The notes: generated by a model from the letters alone, not told the origin. Positions 13,963 to 28,135 are shown, counted from the first letter of the whole stretch. The stretch: DNA of 59,660 bases, filler included, from Sluysia triapertura (GCA_046118255.1; 4 parts of 4 records of this genome joined end to end with filler, not necessarily neighbours in it), one strand, 5' to 3'. Numbers and translations are program-made.

Positions 13963-14121
13963 TATATGTAACATTTTAAGTGGATTTCAACACAATAATT
14001 TGCATTTTGTTTGGCGGCTTTATTATTTATATTATTCTTAGTTTTTTAAACTTGTAGCCATATTTTACAATTACTAAATCTATAATAAGCTACTTATACG
14101 CACTGGCATCGTCATTTATTT

Positions 14122-14189
<68 letters not shown>
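13768..14189. repeat. Cluster of (AAT)n/(ATT)n microsatellites
   Basis: (AAT)n at ~13768-13828, (ATT)n at ~13919-13961 and (AAT)n at ~14123-14189. Confidence 0.95.
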
Positions 14190-17100
14190 TGATTATACAA
14201 ATGGATAATAATTATTTTTCTAACATTCTTATTTGTTTAAAACATCGAAATATATTTACTAATATTTGATCTTGCTCTCTAATTTGTTTCTGAAAATTTT
14301 CGCTTCACTTTTTGAGACATTATAAGATTAAAATACACGTTACTTTTATAACACGTTCTTTTGTTAATGTGTATGCTTTTAAAATGCACTTTTTTTACTA
14401 ATTGTTAGTTCACCAAAATCAATAGTGATAGTAAAACTCCAAATAGTAATAATTATTTTCTGAAAGTTCTATTTCTAAACTTCTTTCGATAAGCCTGTCT
14501 TAAACCTTTGTACTCCAACACTTCATTAATATTAATAATTGTAATAATAGTATTTATTATCTACTTACCGATGTTAAAAACAGTTAACATTGATATTTAT
14601 TTCGTTATTGGATCGCGATTGTTTGTTGGTTGGTTGAATTGTTGCTGTGGTTTTTTTTCGCTTCTGATCTGGGCAGTAATTTTGCTTTGAGCTCATCTCC
14701 ATTAGTTACAAGCTTATAAATATATGTTAATGAGTTAAGATGAACACATTCGTCAGTTTCTTTCTGTAAGCAAAACACAGAAGCAATTGATTTAAAATTC
14801 ATATTTCTAATGTCGCATTATCAGCTAAGGGTTAGGTTATAATCAAAATATGAATTATATATAGNNNNNNNNNNNNNNNNNNNNNNNNNNNNNNNNNNNN
14901 NNNNNNNNTTAATTAATTAANNNNNNNNNNNNNNNNNNNNNNNNNNNNNNNNNNNNNNNNNNNNTTGCCTTAACTAGGTAAAACTAGTTACACAATACTC
15001 AGAAGATTTTAGAAAGTTGATTTTGCCTTGGACCCTTATATGGTCCAGTTATATATTAAAAATTTAAAGTGTAATTTACTTTTGATATTAAAATATCGGC
15101 TCTTAAGATTAATTAAACTAACGTGACTTTATTGAATTATCAAAAAACTGTTTCCAAATTGTTGAAATCTTGTCCAAATCGAAATATTGTAAACCTTTAA
15201 AAATCGTGTTAAAAACTTTTATAAAATGAAAATTGCGAAATTCAAAATTACGTCTCAAAACTTTTATTAAAATTGTGTAATAATACTTGTGTGTGTTTTA
15301 TGTTAAATTGCTCTTGCTTATATAGTGTCTTAACCTGACCTTGAGAGGTCAGATTAAAACAAACTAAAAATTTAAAATAACAAATTAAAAATAATAATTT
15401 TTTATATAGTCACGTTATTTTAAGAAAAATTTATTATTTTTAAAGATTAACATTAATTAATTTTAATAATTTAAAAACCAACATTAAAATAAAAATGTAA
15501 AATAACATACTTTAAAATAAATTCAATACTTCAAATAAATTCAATAATTTTCAAAAATAACAAATATAAACAAATATAATCAAATATACTAGAGTCAATA
15601 AATATGCTTAAATTCATCAATAATAATAAATTCAATAATCAATTTATGTTAATGCAGCCAACGCGCAACCAACGCACAATCAATGTATGTTCAATGTTCA
15701 ACACTTCACTAGTATCTCTTCGTTAATATAGACTTTATGGTTATATGAACCAAAATATACCATTTGATAAATATAACTTTATATATCAAAATATAACTTT
15801 TGATATATAAAACTTATATGAGGACTGTTATCATTATAATCCTCTAAAGTCAACTTAGTATTAGAATATAGAATATCACTTATTTCTTTGTATAATTTTG
15901 ATTTACCTGGTTCGATTTTGACAAATTAATTGGATTTGAATTCATTTATAATAAAATAAATAATAAATATTACTATTACAATTTATTCAAGATCATGAGT
16001 AGTTTATCATAGAAGTTGTGAAACTATAACACCAATGTGAATAATAAAATAATCTACTTATACATTAAATTTATACATATCCAATTCGTTTACTGGTGGA
16101 AATTAACTGCATTTTTGTGTTTTTTAATAAAATTAATGATAATGATAATAATAATAATTAATATAAAGTATTACAATGATAGTTTTGATTTATCAAACAT
16201 AAAAACAAAAATCCAATGAAAAATTAAATAAATAAATTTAAATATAATGATAATAATAATCTTTATATATATTTCTTTTTTATTTTTGGCCATTTAATTA
16301 TTCTGCTAAGTGGAAATTATTTGGAATTTGAATAGTAATAATGATAATACTAATTAATAATAACAGTAATAATGTCGCGCCTTTATTTTGTCAATATCAG
16401 ATCAATTTACTTAATAAAATTTCACTAAATTCAATAATCACAAAATCAAATATAAATTATCACAAATTCTCTTACTTTAGCAACCAAAATGCTAGATTAT
16501 AAATTTAAATTAACGACAATAAATCAATAATTTAATAATTACAAAATCAACAGTTTTTATTTTAACAATAATACAAATGAAATTTTATGATAATAATCTA
16601 TCCAAAGAACCAGAGGTGACGCAACAAACGAATCAAATTATTCTTTCAAATTAAGATTTCCCAAAAATAATTCTTTAAATATATAACAAATTTCAATAAT
16701 TATATTAGTCTGAAATCTCCTTATACATCTTCCAGTATAGTAAAACAAAAATTACAATTCACTAAATAACCTCTTCTAAATAAAAGTTATTAACTACGAG
16801 CTCACTTTACTTGTCGATTAATCAACAAAACGTTTAGTTTAATTGTAAATAATTAAAGAAGTCTCCAAAAAAACTAATTTACTTAAAATCAAAATAATAA
16901 AACAAGAAAATAAAATAAATTAAAAATTTTACCCAGTACATAGATCTACGCAGCAGCAACATTAAAGTCTCATTACTTATTGTTATGTTGTGTTCTTGTT
17001 AAGTAAAATTTTTAGGCACTACTTTTTATACTTTCTCCTCATCCAATTAATCCTAAGTTTCATACAAATCATTAAAACTTATTTGAAAATTTAACTGACA

Positions 17101-19057
17101 ATAACAATTTTGACAATTACGTGGTATGGGTGTGTCAAACTTTACCAGATACAATTAAGGTCATCTATTATTTTCCTTTACTTTACTCAATCTACTTTTA
17201 GTTAAAACAACTTCTCACATTAAAATAACAATCATTGTTGTTAACATACATAAAAATAATGAATTTAATTTTCTTTTTAGAATTTAATTGATTTTCGGTT
17301 TTTCACATAAACCATTCTACAAACTCAATTTTTTCATAGCAATCATATATTCAATTCATTATATTTACATCATTCTAAGTCTAAAAAATTCAACATTCCA
17401 TAATTAAGAATTAATTAAAATTTAACTTTGCTCAATATGTTGTGTTTAAAGTTTTTATTAAGGTTATAAATTATTTAGTATTTGATAAGGCATCAAGGAG
17501 GCTCTAAATGTTTTCACCTTCACCTTCACTTCTTCATGTTAATTACTATCATATTAAATTTATCTTTAAAATAGCAACAATGATTTTATTTTTGTCTAAG
17601 ATTATATATATCATATTTATATTTATTAAATGGATAATTATTAATTATAAATGAATACAAATAAAGTTTAAATTTGTTTATTGAAAAATTCTTATAAATA
17701 AATTTATTTTTTTTATTTATAGAATATTTTTTAAATTTAATCGAATAGAAATAAAGTTTGTATTTATTTATCATAAAATCATGGAAATTAATCTCATCGA
17801 ATTTGTTTAACGAATAGTTACAAATAAATATTTCTTTAAGACATTTATTAAACATCAAAATCATTTGATTTATGAAAAAAATGTTTTATTGAATGTTTTA
17901 TAAACTATCGAGCAATAATTGCTGAAGTATCATTGAGCACGTGAGGGTATTATGCTACATAAGTTTGTATAAGAATAAGAATTAAATAAAAAAGAATAAT
18001 CAGAATTAAAACATAATGCTCGACATAAAAAATAGTATACCTTTGTGTTCGTTGGATGCCAGAACACTTCGTACTGTTGTATGAATCAGTGTATTGTCAC
18101 GGAATTGATGTTTATAACTTATGTTTGAAGACATTATGGAATAGATATCATGATCTCTAAATTGTTAAATAAATAATAACAAGATTGTGTGTTTAGCAAG
18201 TCGTTGAAATGGATAGTGCATTGGCAGGTAAGCCTTTAGTAATACATTACTAATAATATGAATTTTCAGGTACGATTTTGTAGTGTACACTTCATTAATT
18301 TTACTAATTCACAAATAGTTTATTAATGCCGAAATCAACTTTAAACTTGAATTATTCGAACTTATAACACTATTAGAAGATACTGATGAAGTTATTGTCA
18401 TGACTACAGATGATTTTGATTCCGATATTTTCGAGGTTAATACTTATAATTTCTAATGTTCCTTTTCCGAAGTAGTTTTATTAGTTAAATCTCTTGTGTT
18501 CTTTTCTTGGGAAATTGACTTTTTTGTGGAAATTACATCACTTTTAACAGATATATTTCTTCGTTTACCTTTCATTTATTTAATAATGATTTAATTTCTC
18601 GAAATATTCATTTAGATAGTTATAAAGAAGTATATATAATTTTTCGATGTAGGAATAATATATCAGTTAATAGTTCAAATCGTAAAATATTTAGTAAATT
18701 GTATTTGTATTTTTCAAATTGTTGTGCTGTTCACTTTTGTAAAGAACTAATTTTTATAACGATTTTTAATGGCTAGCCAATAACAAACAAATGTTTTGTT
18801 GCTAAAGTAAGTAATTGGAATTTTTCTAAATGAAAAGCTGTCAAGTCATGACAAGAGTTAAATTAAAAATGTCAATTTATTGTTGCAATTGACATATNNN
18901 NNNNNNNNNNNNNNNNNNNNNNNNNNNNNNNNNNNNNNNNNNNNNNNNNNNNNNNNNNNNNNNNNNNNNNNNNNNNNNNNNNNNNNNNNNNNNNNNNNNN
19001 NNNNNNNNNNNNNNNNNNNNNNNNNNNNGTGCAGAATAAAATTAAAAGTGAGTCCAC

Positions 19058-19250
19058 CAACGTATTGGGCTTACTGAAAATGGCCAACCGTTGGATTTAT
19101 TGTGCAAAATTTATATGAGCTTAAAATATTGTAAGGTTACGAAAATGTCGTATACTTAGTTGGAGGTTTCTTAAAAATTTACTTTATTTCAATTTACTTG
19201 TATTTTAATTTCGTTCTTACTTGGAACCAGTAATGATTTTAATAAGGTTC
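19058..19250 (+). repeat. Dispersed repeat, homologous to 59487-59660
   Basis: aacgtatt(g/a)ggcttactgaaaa..ggccaaccgttggatttat and gttcttact(t/c)ggaacc(a/g)gtaatgatttt(a/g)ataagg occur at both loci. Confidence 0.9.
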
Positions 19251-20115
19251 TTAAATTGAACCTGTAAATATATCGTTAATAGTTTAATAAGGTTTTTTCT
19301 CTTTGTTATTTTAGAATAAAAATATCAAATTTTAAAGCCTGGATATGTTTATTATACAAAATTGTTAATCAATAATAAAAAATATCTTTACAGAACATAA
19401 AAACTTATTTTACAAATATAATATATATGATAAATTTGGCTGATTATTTTGGATTAAATAATCGAATCAAATAATTTAATAAATGGATTTTAATAAGCTA
19501 TCTATAAACGATAGCTGATATAAGTTTGATTGAATTTAAGTATGAGTTTAAAAATGCAGTTTTAAATACTGCGCGATCACCTATTAACACAAACTAACGA
19601 TATAATCAAAGGAGCTATCAAAAATTATTGTCTCGTAAATGGATTGGATTGTCACAAGTTAAATTGAAAGATATCTTCCGGAATAATAAGTTTTAACGTA
19701 GAATGGAGCTTTTATAAGTGTTGTCTGAGTGCCTATATAGTGCAATGATATCAGTATTTATATAAGGTCCAATGACCTTGATTTTAATAAAATTAAAACA
19801 ACGATTTTTAAATAAATTTGATGAAATAATAATTTTATTACATTTAAATAACAAATAAATTTGATAAAATAATAATTTTAATAAATTAAAGATAATGATT
19901 TTAACAATAACAACTATTCACAATTCAACGACTCACTTTAAATCTCCGATTTTCAAATTAAATTTATCCATTTTAAATTACATTAATTTTCCAAAAAATT
20001 GATCATTAAAAACAAAATATTATATTTAAAATATTGCTATTGATTGAAATATTGATTAAAAATATTAGTATGTGTGTGTATTTACAAAATTGATCATTAA
20101 AAATGTGTATTGTAT

Positions 20116-20635
20116 TTACATAATCATTAAATGCGTGTAATTGATTTGTGTATTTACATATTTATATTTTTTAATTGAATTTATTTCATTTAAAATTAAT
20201 CTAGCTAATCTTAAACGGTTAAGTAAAGAAATTAAATGTATTTCACGATTTTTCAAGTCATTTTCAGTCCATTTAATAATAACTTGAAATAGAATAATTT
20301 CATTTTGAATGTTAATTTTATCATCATCCAACAAATGTTTTAATTCTTCATAATCAACCATTAAAAATTCAATGTTTTTAGATATTTCAGAAAAATTATC
20401 AAGCATCTATAAATTAACTTTAACATAATTGATAAATTAAGTCTCTTAGCTAGTTTACAATAATTCCAACAATTATCAATATTAATATTGCTCATTATGA
20501 AGTTTTCACATGCTTTAAACAACGATTTTACAACATAGCGTTTAATTGTATCAATAAGTCTTACCGCATTTTGTTGAATTATTTTTATTTCACCAATATG
20601 TACATATTGCAATATAATTTCATCTCTACAGATAG
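20116..20635 (-). pseudogene. Kelch-like BTB-BACK fragment, intronless, frameshifted
   Basis: QYVHIGEIKI..NAVRLI....Y.VKSLFKACENFIMSNINIDNC matches the BTB C-terminal half. LDNFSEISKNIEFLMVDYEELKHLLDDDKINIQNEIILFQVIIKW....NR..HL..LL..LRL matches BACK. Frameshift near 20400. Confidence 0.88.
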
Positions 20636-21696
20636 TGTGTAATAAATTCCAAAATGCATTACTAGTTTTGGCTAATTTAAACGTGTTCCATTAATATATA
20701 GTTCTCTAGTTGAGAAGAATGGCATATTAGAGTCCAATAAACAATTGGGGTTTATAATTTTGTTTGTCATTAATTTAAATAAATTATTGTTGGACAAATA
20801 GATACACAATTTTTATTAAATTTCAGTTTTTTTAATTTTTTAAACTGAACCATTTTTTCTCAATACATGTATAATTGTTAAATTTATTTAATTCTCTTCC
20901 AGCTCGTACCAGATCTAAATATACAATTTTTGGGTAAAAATAGGTAAACACAAAAAATGGTGGTAGAAATAGTGTTAAATTATGGGTTGGTTTGAACTTG
21001 GTGACGATGATACTGATAATGATTCTGATGGTGTATTAAAGTACAAATTTCTAAACTATTTGAACCAACTACTTCCAAGATTACTTGTATCTTATGAGAT
21101 ATTAGTACTACATCTGTTTTTTCGACATATATCTTTTAGATACACACATACATAAATATACATAAATAAATACAAGTTCCGACGAACATAAGAATAAGAA
21201 GAAAAGATAAAAGATAAATAAGGAAATAATAACGATGTCATTATTATATTTTAAATATGATGATTTGATGTTATTATGATGTTTTATAAAAGTTATTATA
21301 TGACAATAATCATAATAATTATTATATATATTAATACGATTTGATATATAATAACGATAGCTATAGTTCATGATAATTATGTACGATGATTATGTTTTTG
21401 AATGTGTTTATTTAATGTTCTATGTATGTATGTGATGAAGTGTGATGAATTTCATGTTTTCATTACACTCGTACTGTCAGACTTCTTGCAAAGTTATATT
21501 TTCCTTGTTCTAATTTAACATAAATTTTATTAGTTCGATAATTCAAAAACTTTGAAATCTTCGGTGAAACATCGAGTACATTATGAAAAATACTATCTGA
21601 AACTAAGGTTTTATTTATAGTTAAGTATAGATTGTGGTGGCTAACCTAATACTTCAATAATTTTATTTCATCAATATACAATAAAATAAAGAAATT

Positions 21697-22408
21697 ATGA
21701 AACACCAAAGGGGAGATAAGGGAATTTCGTCTACTATAGATTCATTGGCGAAAGGAACATTAATTAAAAATCAAGAAAAAAGACTGGCTATTACCGATGG
21801 AATTCTCAGATTTAGAAATTCGAAAGATGAGTGGAAAACAATTGTTACTAAATCATTAGTAACACCATTAGTAACATCAATTTCATGTAGGACAACTAGG
21901 CGGACGCCAGCCGAAGAGAAAGACATTATCGCGTATAAAAGATAAATATTACTGGCAAGATAAGGAAGAAGATATTAAAAATAGTGTAAGGATTGTTCAA
22001 TCTGCTGCAGGAGAAAAAAATACGGAATTAAAACAAGAGTGCCATTAAAACTATGGACATAATGGGACCGTTAGCAGAAACAATATATGGAAATAAACAT
22101 ATTTTTGTATTCAGCCAAATCAAAAGGCTGAATCAGTTGCACAATACTTTTCGAGAAAATAATCTATAGATATGGTTCACCACGAAAATTATTAACAGAT
22201 GAAGGTACAAACTTTACTAGTGACGTAATCAAGTCAGTAGCAAAATATTTGACATTCTTAGAATTTACACTTCTTCGTACCATCCACAAACTGATGGATT
22301 AGTTAACAATTTAATCGAACTTTGATAAACATGCTTCAGTCTTATATAAATGATAGATAATAAGATTGGGATTTTTATATCGCTCCATGTTTATTCGCGT
22401 AAAGAATA
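21697..22408 (+). mobile_element. Ty3/gypsy integrase relic (H2C2 plus rve core)
   Basis: Across frameshifts: KTLSRIKDKYYW, DCSICC, MDIMGPLAETIYGNKHI, IIYRYGSPRKLLTDEGTNFTS, TSSYHPQTDGLV, FNRTLINML and DWDFYIAPCLFA. Confidence 0.95.
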
Positions 22409-22411
22409 AAA

Positions 22412-22490
22412 ATCGAGCGACTTTTCAAGTTTGAGTGTCATAGTAACCGAAGCTACTTAGAATCAGATCCAACAATCTCTCTAAATCATT

Positions 22491-22536
<46 letters not shown>

Positions 22537-22861
22537 ATCAGCACAAGTTAGTGACTTGCACTTACTAGGAATTCCTCGTTCAAGTGGAATAATTTCAAAC
22601 CACTATTCCTGATATGACAGCAATTAGCAGATTACCCGACCCTCTCAGGCTAGGAAATAAACTCGCTGGTACTGCCATTGTAGCGCGCGTGCGGCCCCGG
22701 ACATCTAAGGGCATCGCAGACCTGTTATTGTTCTCTTTCATTTGACTAAAAGTCACGAATTACTCTAAGAAGTCAGCATGTACTAGTTAGTAGGTTAGAG
22801 TCTCGTTCGTTATCGGAATTAACCAGACAAATCAGTAAATCAACTAAGAACGGCCATGCAC
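22412..22861 (-). rRNA. 18S rRNA gene fragment (3' part, about V7-V9), probably a pseudogene
   Basis: The reverse complement contains GTGCATGGCCGTTCTTAGTTG, GGTTAATTCCGATAACGAACGAGAC, GATGCCCTTAGATGTCCGGGGCCGCACGCGCGCTACA and GATTACGTCCCTGCCCTTTGTACACACCGCCCGTCGCT. It is truncated at both ends. Confidence 0.97.
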
Positions 22862-22967
22862 GTATAAGTTTTACTATATTCTGTTAGTGTAAGGTCCAAG
22901 AAAACCACAGCATAATTTTATTTTGATTTTATTGTACAGAGAGAACAATTTTAGTTTTGTATGAAAA

Positions 22968-23160
22968 ACCCTACTCAATTTATTTCTTAAATGTTAGATT
23001 TGATTTTTAGCCACTCCTAAGTTAGCATTGAGGGAGATATTCTGCCCAATTTATTTTTAAAATATTTTAAGTTAATTATTTGATTTTTCAGCTATTTGTA
23101 AATTAACATTATGGAGACCCTCTGCTCAATTTATTTTTAAAATATTTGATTTTGATTTTG
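22968..23160 (+). repeat. Degenerate tandem repeat, three units of about 75 bp
   Basis: ct(a/g)c(t/c)caatttattt(c/t)t.aa...t...atttgatttt recurs at ~22970, ~23042 and ~23122. Confidence 0.65.
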
Positions 23161-26100
23161 TTTTGAATTCTTTGGGAAGAATATTAATTATATTATTTTT
23201 GAAATCTTAATTTTTGTTGTGTCACCTCTTATTTTCTTTTTGCACGGATTATTAACATTATTATAAAAAAAGTTATTGTTAACTTTCTTCTAACTGTTTA
23301 TTATTTTTTAGTTATCTCCCTTAAATTATTGTTAAAGCGGAGATTTACTGTAGTAAGTTGTTCTTAATTTTTTGTAATTATTTTAACACTGAGTTTTGTT
23401 ATTGATGTGAATTAAAGAATATAACTTCTGTTGGGGTTGAATAGTTACCGTTACTAAACTAATGGAATTTGAGATAATTTAAATTTATTTTGATAAGTAT
23501 TGAAAATATTGGGATACCGTTTAAGCTATTACTGACTTGTTGTAATCGGTTAATTCAAAGACGCAGCACACACGCATATATAGATCAACTTGATTAATTT
23601 CTGTTTTCAGACGCATCCATTTATTTTAGAAAGTGTTTTAGAAATTGCCTAAATTGCTAAAGTTTTATATGGTTTGCAATTGCTTTTTTTATAACTTATA
23701 TCTTGCACTTACAAAATAGAATTAAAGTGAACGATTTGTACTAGGTAGAGGAATGTCCCTATATGATTTGAAGAATTCTTTCCAAGACTTAAAAGAAATT
23801 GGAAACTTTATCTTCCGTGAGGGTCTATTTGTAGGTAGATTATTTACTACTGTTTATCAACGAAATATTTTATTATGATTGTCTTAAATTATTTCTGCCT
23901 TTAAATTATTTCAAATTAATGATTTGTTCTTTCTTAATCCTCTAATTACTTAGTTTTTATAATACTCTTTCTAACTACATATAACAACGCTAACAAAAAT
24001 TATGAGTATTTATTACCAAATAATAAATATATAAAAAAATTTCACCAACAAGGGATATTTCAAATATACAAAAATTTTCAGTATTTGAATAATAATATTT
24101 TGAAATAATAAGACGAAACTTAATATTCTTATAATATTTTAAACTGGCTTTAAAGTTAACTTTAAACCAGGCTAAATAAATGATGAATTTACGTGGATTT
24201 TGAATCTTGCGTTTAATAAGAACACTTAACAAATATTCTTACAATTTTTTCCTTTTTTAGAACAAAAAAGAAAGAGTTTCAATTAAATGACTGAAACTAA
24301 AGAGATATGCTGACTTGTAACTTTTCTTTTATTTGATGTGTAAATTTTAATTATCACTTGCTTTATATACTCAGTCATTTCATTAAATTCTATTATTAAA
24401 ATCCAAAATATATACAAAACCATTAAACGTAATATATTTCCAATAAAAATAATCCATTTACCATAGTTAATTTTTAGTGTTGCACTAATTAATTTTTTTA
24501 TTAATTTATTAATGTATCTTCCATCAAGGATGATTTTATTTAAAAAAACAAGTTATTTTTAAATTTTAAAATTTACTAGTTTAGTGGATTCACATTACGT
24601 ACATTTATTCACACACATCATTAAAGAACCACTAATTTTCTAACTGCTGAATCCGCAGTCAACAGTTGAATAGTTCTGTGTTTAATTTGCATGTCATGTA
24701 GCAAAAGAAAGAAAGATACACTTAATATGCGTGAAATTATTTTATTGTTGACTTCTCAAAATATGTAATATTTATTTCATTAGTATCGATTGACATTATT
24801 TGTTATTTTTTATAACATTTTTTACTTCGTCATTTGACGAATATTTTTACCATTATCAAAACGTTTAATATGGTACTACTTATAAATTGGAATTTTTTCT
24901 TGGTTAATTAAATACAAAAAGTTTTCATATATCACTTAAAATATCATCTCTAAGTTTTCCTATTTTTGGTGAAATTGGATACCACGAAAAGTCAAACTTA
25001 AAAACAAGACAACTTTAAAAGTTAAAAAAGTAAATTAAAATGAATTTTATAATAATTTTAAGTTAACTTCACTTTACTGATTCGAAATTCCTGTACAAAA
25101 CTCTAATAATTTCTATTTGGTGAAATGATCACTTGACCGTTATGATTTTTACGTAATACACTAAATTAACTTATTTATAAAGCATTAATTTGTAATTTGG
25201 TTGTAATATGTGAATTATATGCAAACTTTTTTTTATATTTGTTACTTTGATAAGGATTAAATTAAAAATTTCGTATACTATTTTACCTTAAAATTGTAAA
25301 ATTGTAAAATAGAAAATAAACAATAAACAATAAATTCAATTTAAATCTTAATATAAACTAAGATTTGCTTTTAAAATTTATTTAGTATTTTCAATTGTAA
25401 GTAATTAATAATATGTAAGAAATTGCTTCATTTTAATGCATAGTGCGTATCGATTATTAAATAAACACAAATTTCGAATTAACAATGCAAAATAAAATAA
25501 TCTCTGCTTTTTAAATATTGATTTATTGAAAAATCAATGAAAATGGATACTGATGAAAATGGTATAAGTAATTTATTGTAATTTAATTAATATGTAGTTT
25601 TAATAATTTTATGAAGATTTTTAGAAAACTTTATTTTTTTGAAATAATTACGTAAAAGATAATCTATATTAATATATTTAAATTAGATTAAAAACTAATT
25701 AAAATTTGTTTAATTAAAATGTAACAGTAAAATAAACTTATATTTTACATCAAGATTAAACATAATTTTTGTATTGAAGTATGAATAAAAAGTGGAGGCA
25801 AAGTTCACCGACTTTGTATATGACAGTATTTATTTAATTCCACAGATTCAAAGTTTCAGTCATTCATAGCATTAATTAATAAATCGATTTTAATTCTGTG
25901 GTTTTTTAACTCTTAACCTAAGCAAAATAAATTTTACTAAGGTTCCGTTACAGTAAACGACTTACAGGTAAAATGGTGTGTGGTGTCCCACTTGTATATG
26001 TTGTTTTTGTTACCACGTATAATTACAATTTTACATAAAATTCTTTGTACTAACATTTTTTACATTTCGTAAACTCATCATGTATCACATCAACCACAAA

Positions 26101-27109
26101 ACTTAAAATAAAATCAACATATAAATTACCACAATCTATCATGTCAATATCACAATTAGTTCCGTGAATATTGCCTTTTCTATACGCCTCAGCATCACTT
26201 CCGAGCATATCCACATAATTCTCTCACTACATTCTCTTTTTCTAATTTACATATGTTGTTTATAGATAAAGTGTAAAGCAAAAAGTGCTAAAAATGTACT
26301 GTTTTATTTAATTCTGTGCTTGTTGTTTGTTACCTTTTTTGTATTGCTTTTTTGTTTTTTTATTTCTATTTCCTTATATTTTAAATGTCTATAGATCACA
26401 AAAATTGTTAGAACAATGTGATAAGGTGTTAGAATTAGATAGACAAAAAAAAGCCTTATGTAGAAAAGAATCAGGCTTTAGCATGTTTAAGGTACTAAAA
26501 TAAACCCAGAAGACAGACAAGCTCAAAAATCAATCGCAGGATTTTCAAGTATATGTTTTGGAATATTTGAAAAGAAAGACTTGTTGTCTAAATATTAAGT
26601 GATTAAAAATATATTGAAAAAAGAAAAGTTTTTTAATATGTAAAAAGAAAATAATTTAAAAAGAATAAGTTGAGAAAATTTTAAAAACATGATAATGCTT
26701 ACCGAAGATATCGTAATATGAAATAAAGATATCACTTTTAAAAGAATAAACAATTCCCTTTTACCACGAATGTAAAGAAAACTAAATAAAACAAGAAATA
26801 TATTATAGAAAATGCAAAAAATATTTTATTCAAGCCGTGACATTTAGAATCAGAAGTCCAAGGATGATTGAAAACTTGGACTCGAAGTTGAATCATGATG
26901 AACTTCAATACGTAGATAGAAAATTTTGCTTTTTCTGTGATGATTAACGTCATATGAATATTTCACTTATTGAATAAATTAGTTAAATTATAGTGTGTTC
27001 CGAGTTTCATTCAAAAAAATGGCAAAGATGAAGTTTGGAAGTGGTGCAACTTATTTTTTCATGGATACATGTTCTAAAAGCTGGAAAACTATTAAATGAT
27101 TTAATTGAA

Positions 27110-27410
27110 TTCAAAAACTCGATTGCGTATTGCTTGGGTGTGGTTTCAACAGATGAATGCAACGTCTAGAACAGCAACATGAGGCTTACCTCGACACACT
27201 ATCATGGAAGAAAAATTCAAAATAATATCGGAAAGCATTTGGAAATTCATTCTAGAAGTTTTTATTTAAATAAGTTATGCTCAAGTTCACTCATAGACTG
27301 AGTTCAGATATAGACTGAAAATTCAAAATTCTCATGATTCAGGAGTTTTTGTTTCACTGATTGAATTTCGAGTTTCGACCAAAAGACTAAAACGTTTTAA
27401 ACGTAAGCCT
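27110..27410 (+). mobile_element. Possible pogo/Tigger (CENP-B-type HTH) relic
   Basis: LDCVLL-WFQQM (with frameshift) and EFRVSTKRLKRFKR resemble the L..AL..WF and F.AS.GWL.RFK.R motifs. No DDE core seen. Confidence 0.35.
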
Positions 27411-28135
27411 TTTTATGATCTTTTATATTCAATACGTGATCTTAATGTTGTTTTATCAAGATATGTAAAATCTAGTTATTTTATTTACTTATTAATAAAG
27501 ATTCTTGTTAACATTTTAATAAACTTTCGTAATTGGACTGTAATAGATTTTTAGGATATCGTAATAAAGTTTTTCAGGTAAATACTTTCCAACCTACTTA
27601 CTGTAAGGACCTTAAGTTCATTTTCAATTTCAGTTATTATTTCGAATATTTGATAATATTATCTCGGCTATTACATGGTGTTCATGTAAATAAAATTGAT
27701 AATTGAAGCTTACTTTTGTTTTTTATTCTTTGAGCACCTAATTATTCGTAAAGTGAGTCTGATTGAAAGATTTTATTTACCTTACGCAGCAAAATTACAC
27801 TAAGAAACTTTTCAATACTAGAATTTTCATTAGATAAAAATTTATTATAAATTTGAAATAATCGAATAAACAAGAAATAAAAACCACTGAAGTCAAAAAT
27901 ATTAGAATTAGCAATTAAAATAAAGCCTTTTGGGCCTTTAATTTTTTTTACTAAAGATTGATTTTAAAAAACGATTATGTCTCACATTAAACATTTTTTA
28001 TTCAAAAGTTAAAACGCCCTTAACAAAAAATAACTTACTGTTCAATAAATAAAATTCCAGATAAAATAATTACTTGACACCGAGAATAACCAAATTATAA
28101 ATTACGTCCTTTGTTCACTAAAAATTCTTAATTAC

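Noticed and set aside
14865-14964. TTAATTAATTAA centred in N-runs (also 30447-30546 and 47253-47352)
   Set aside because: The identical 44N+12+44N layout is a scaffolding linker with stops in all frames, not biology.
25850-26240. Minus-strand exon-like pieces with short GT-AG introns (similar at 4760-5440, 18040-18440 and 43250-43700)
   Set aside because: They could not be joined in phase without stops and no domain is recognisable. They may be pseudogenes but are unsupported.
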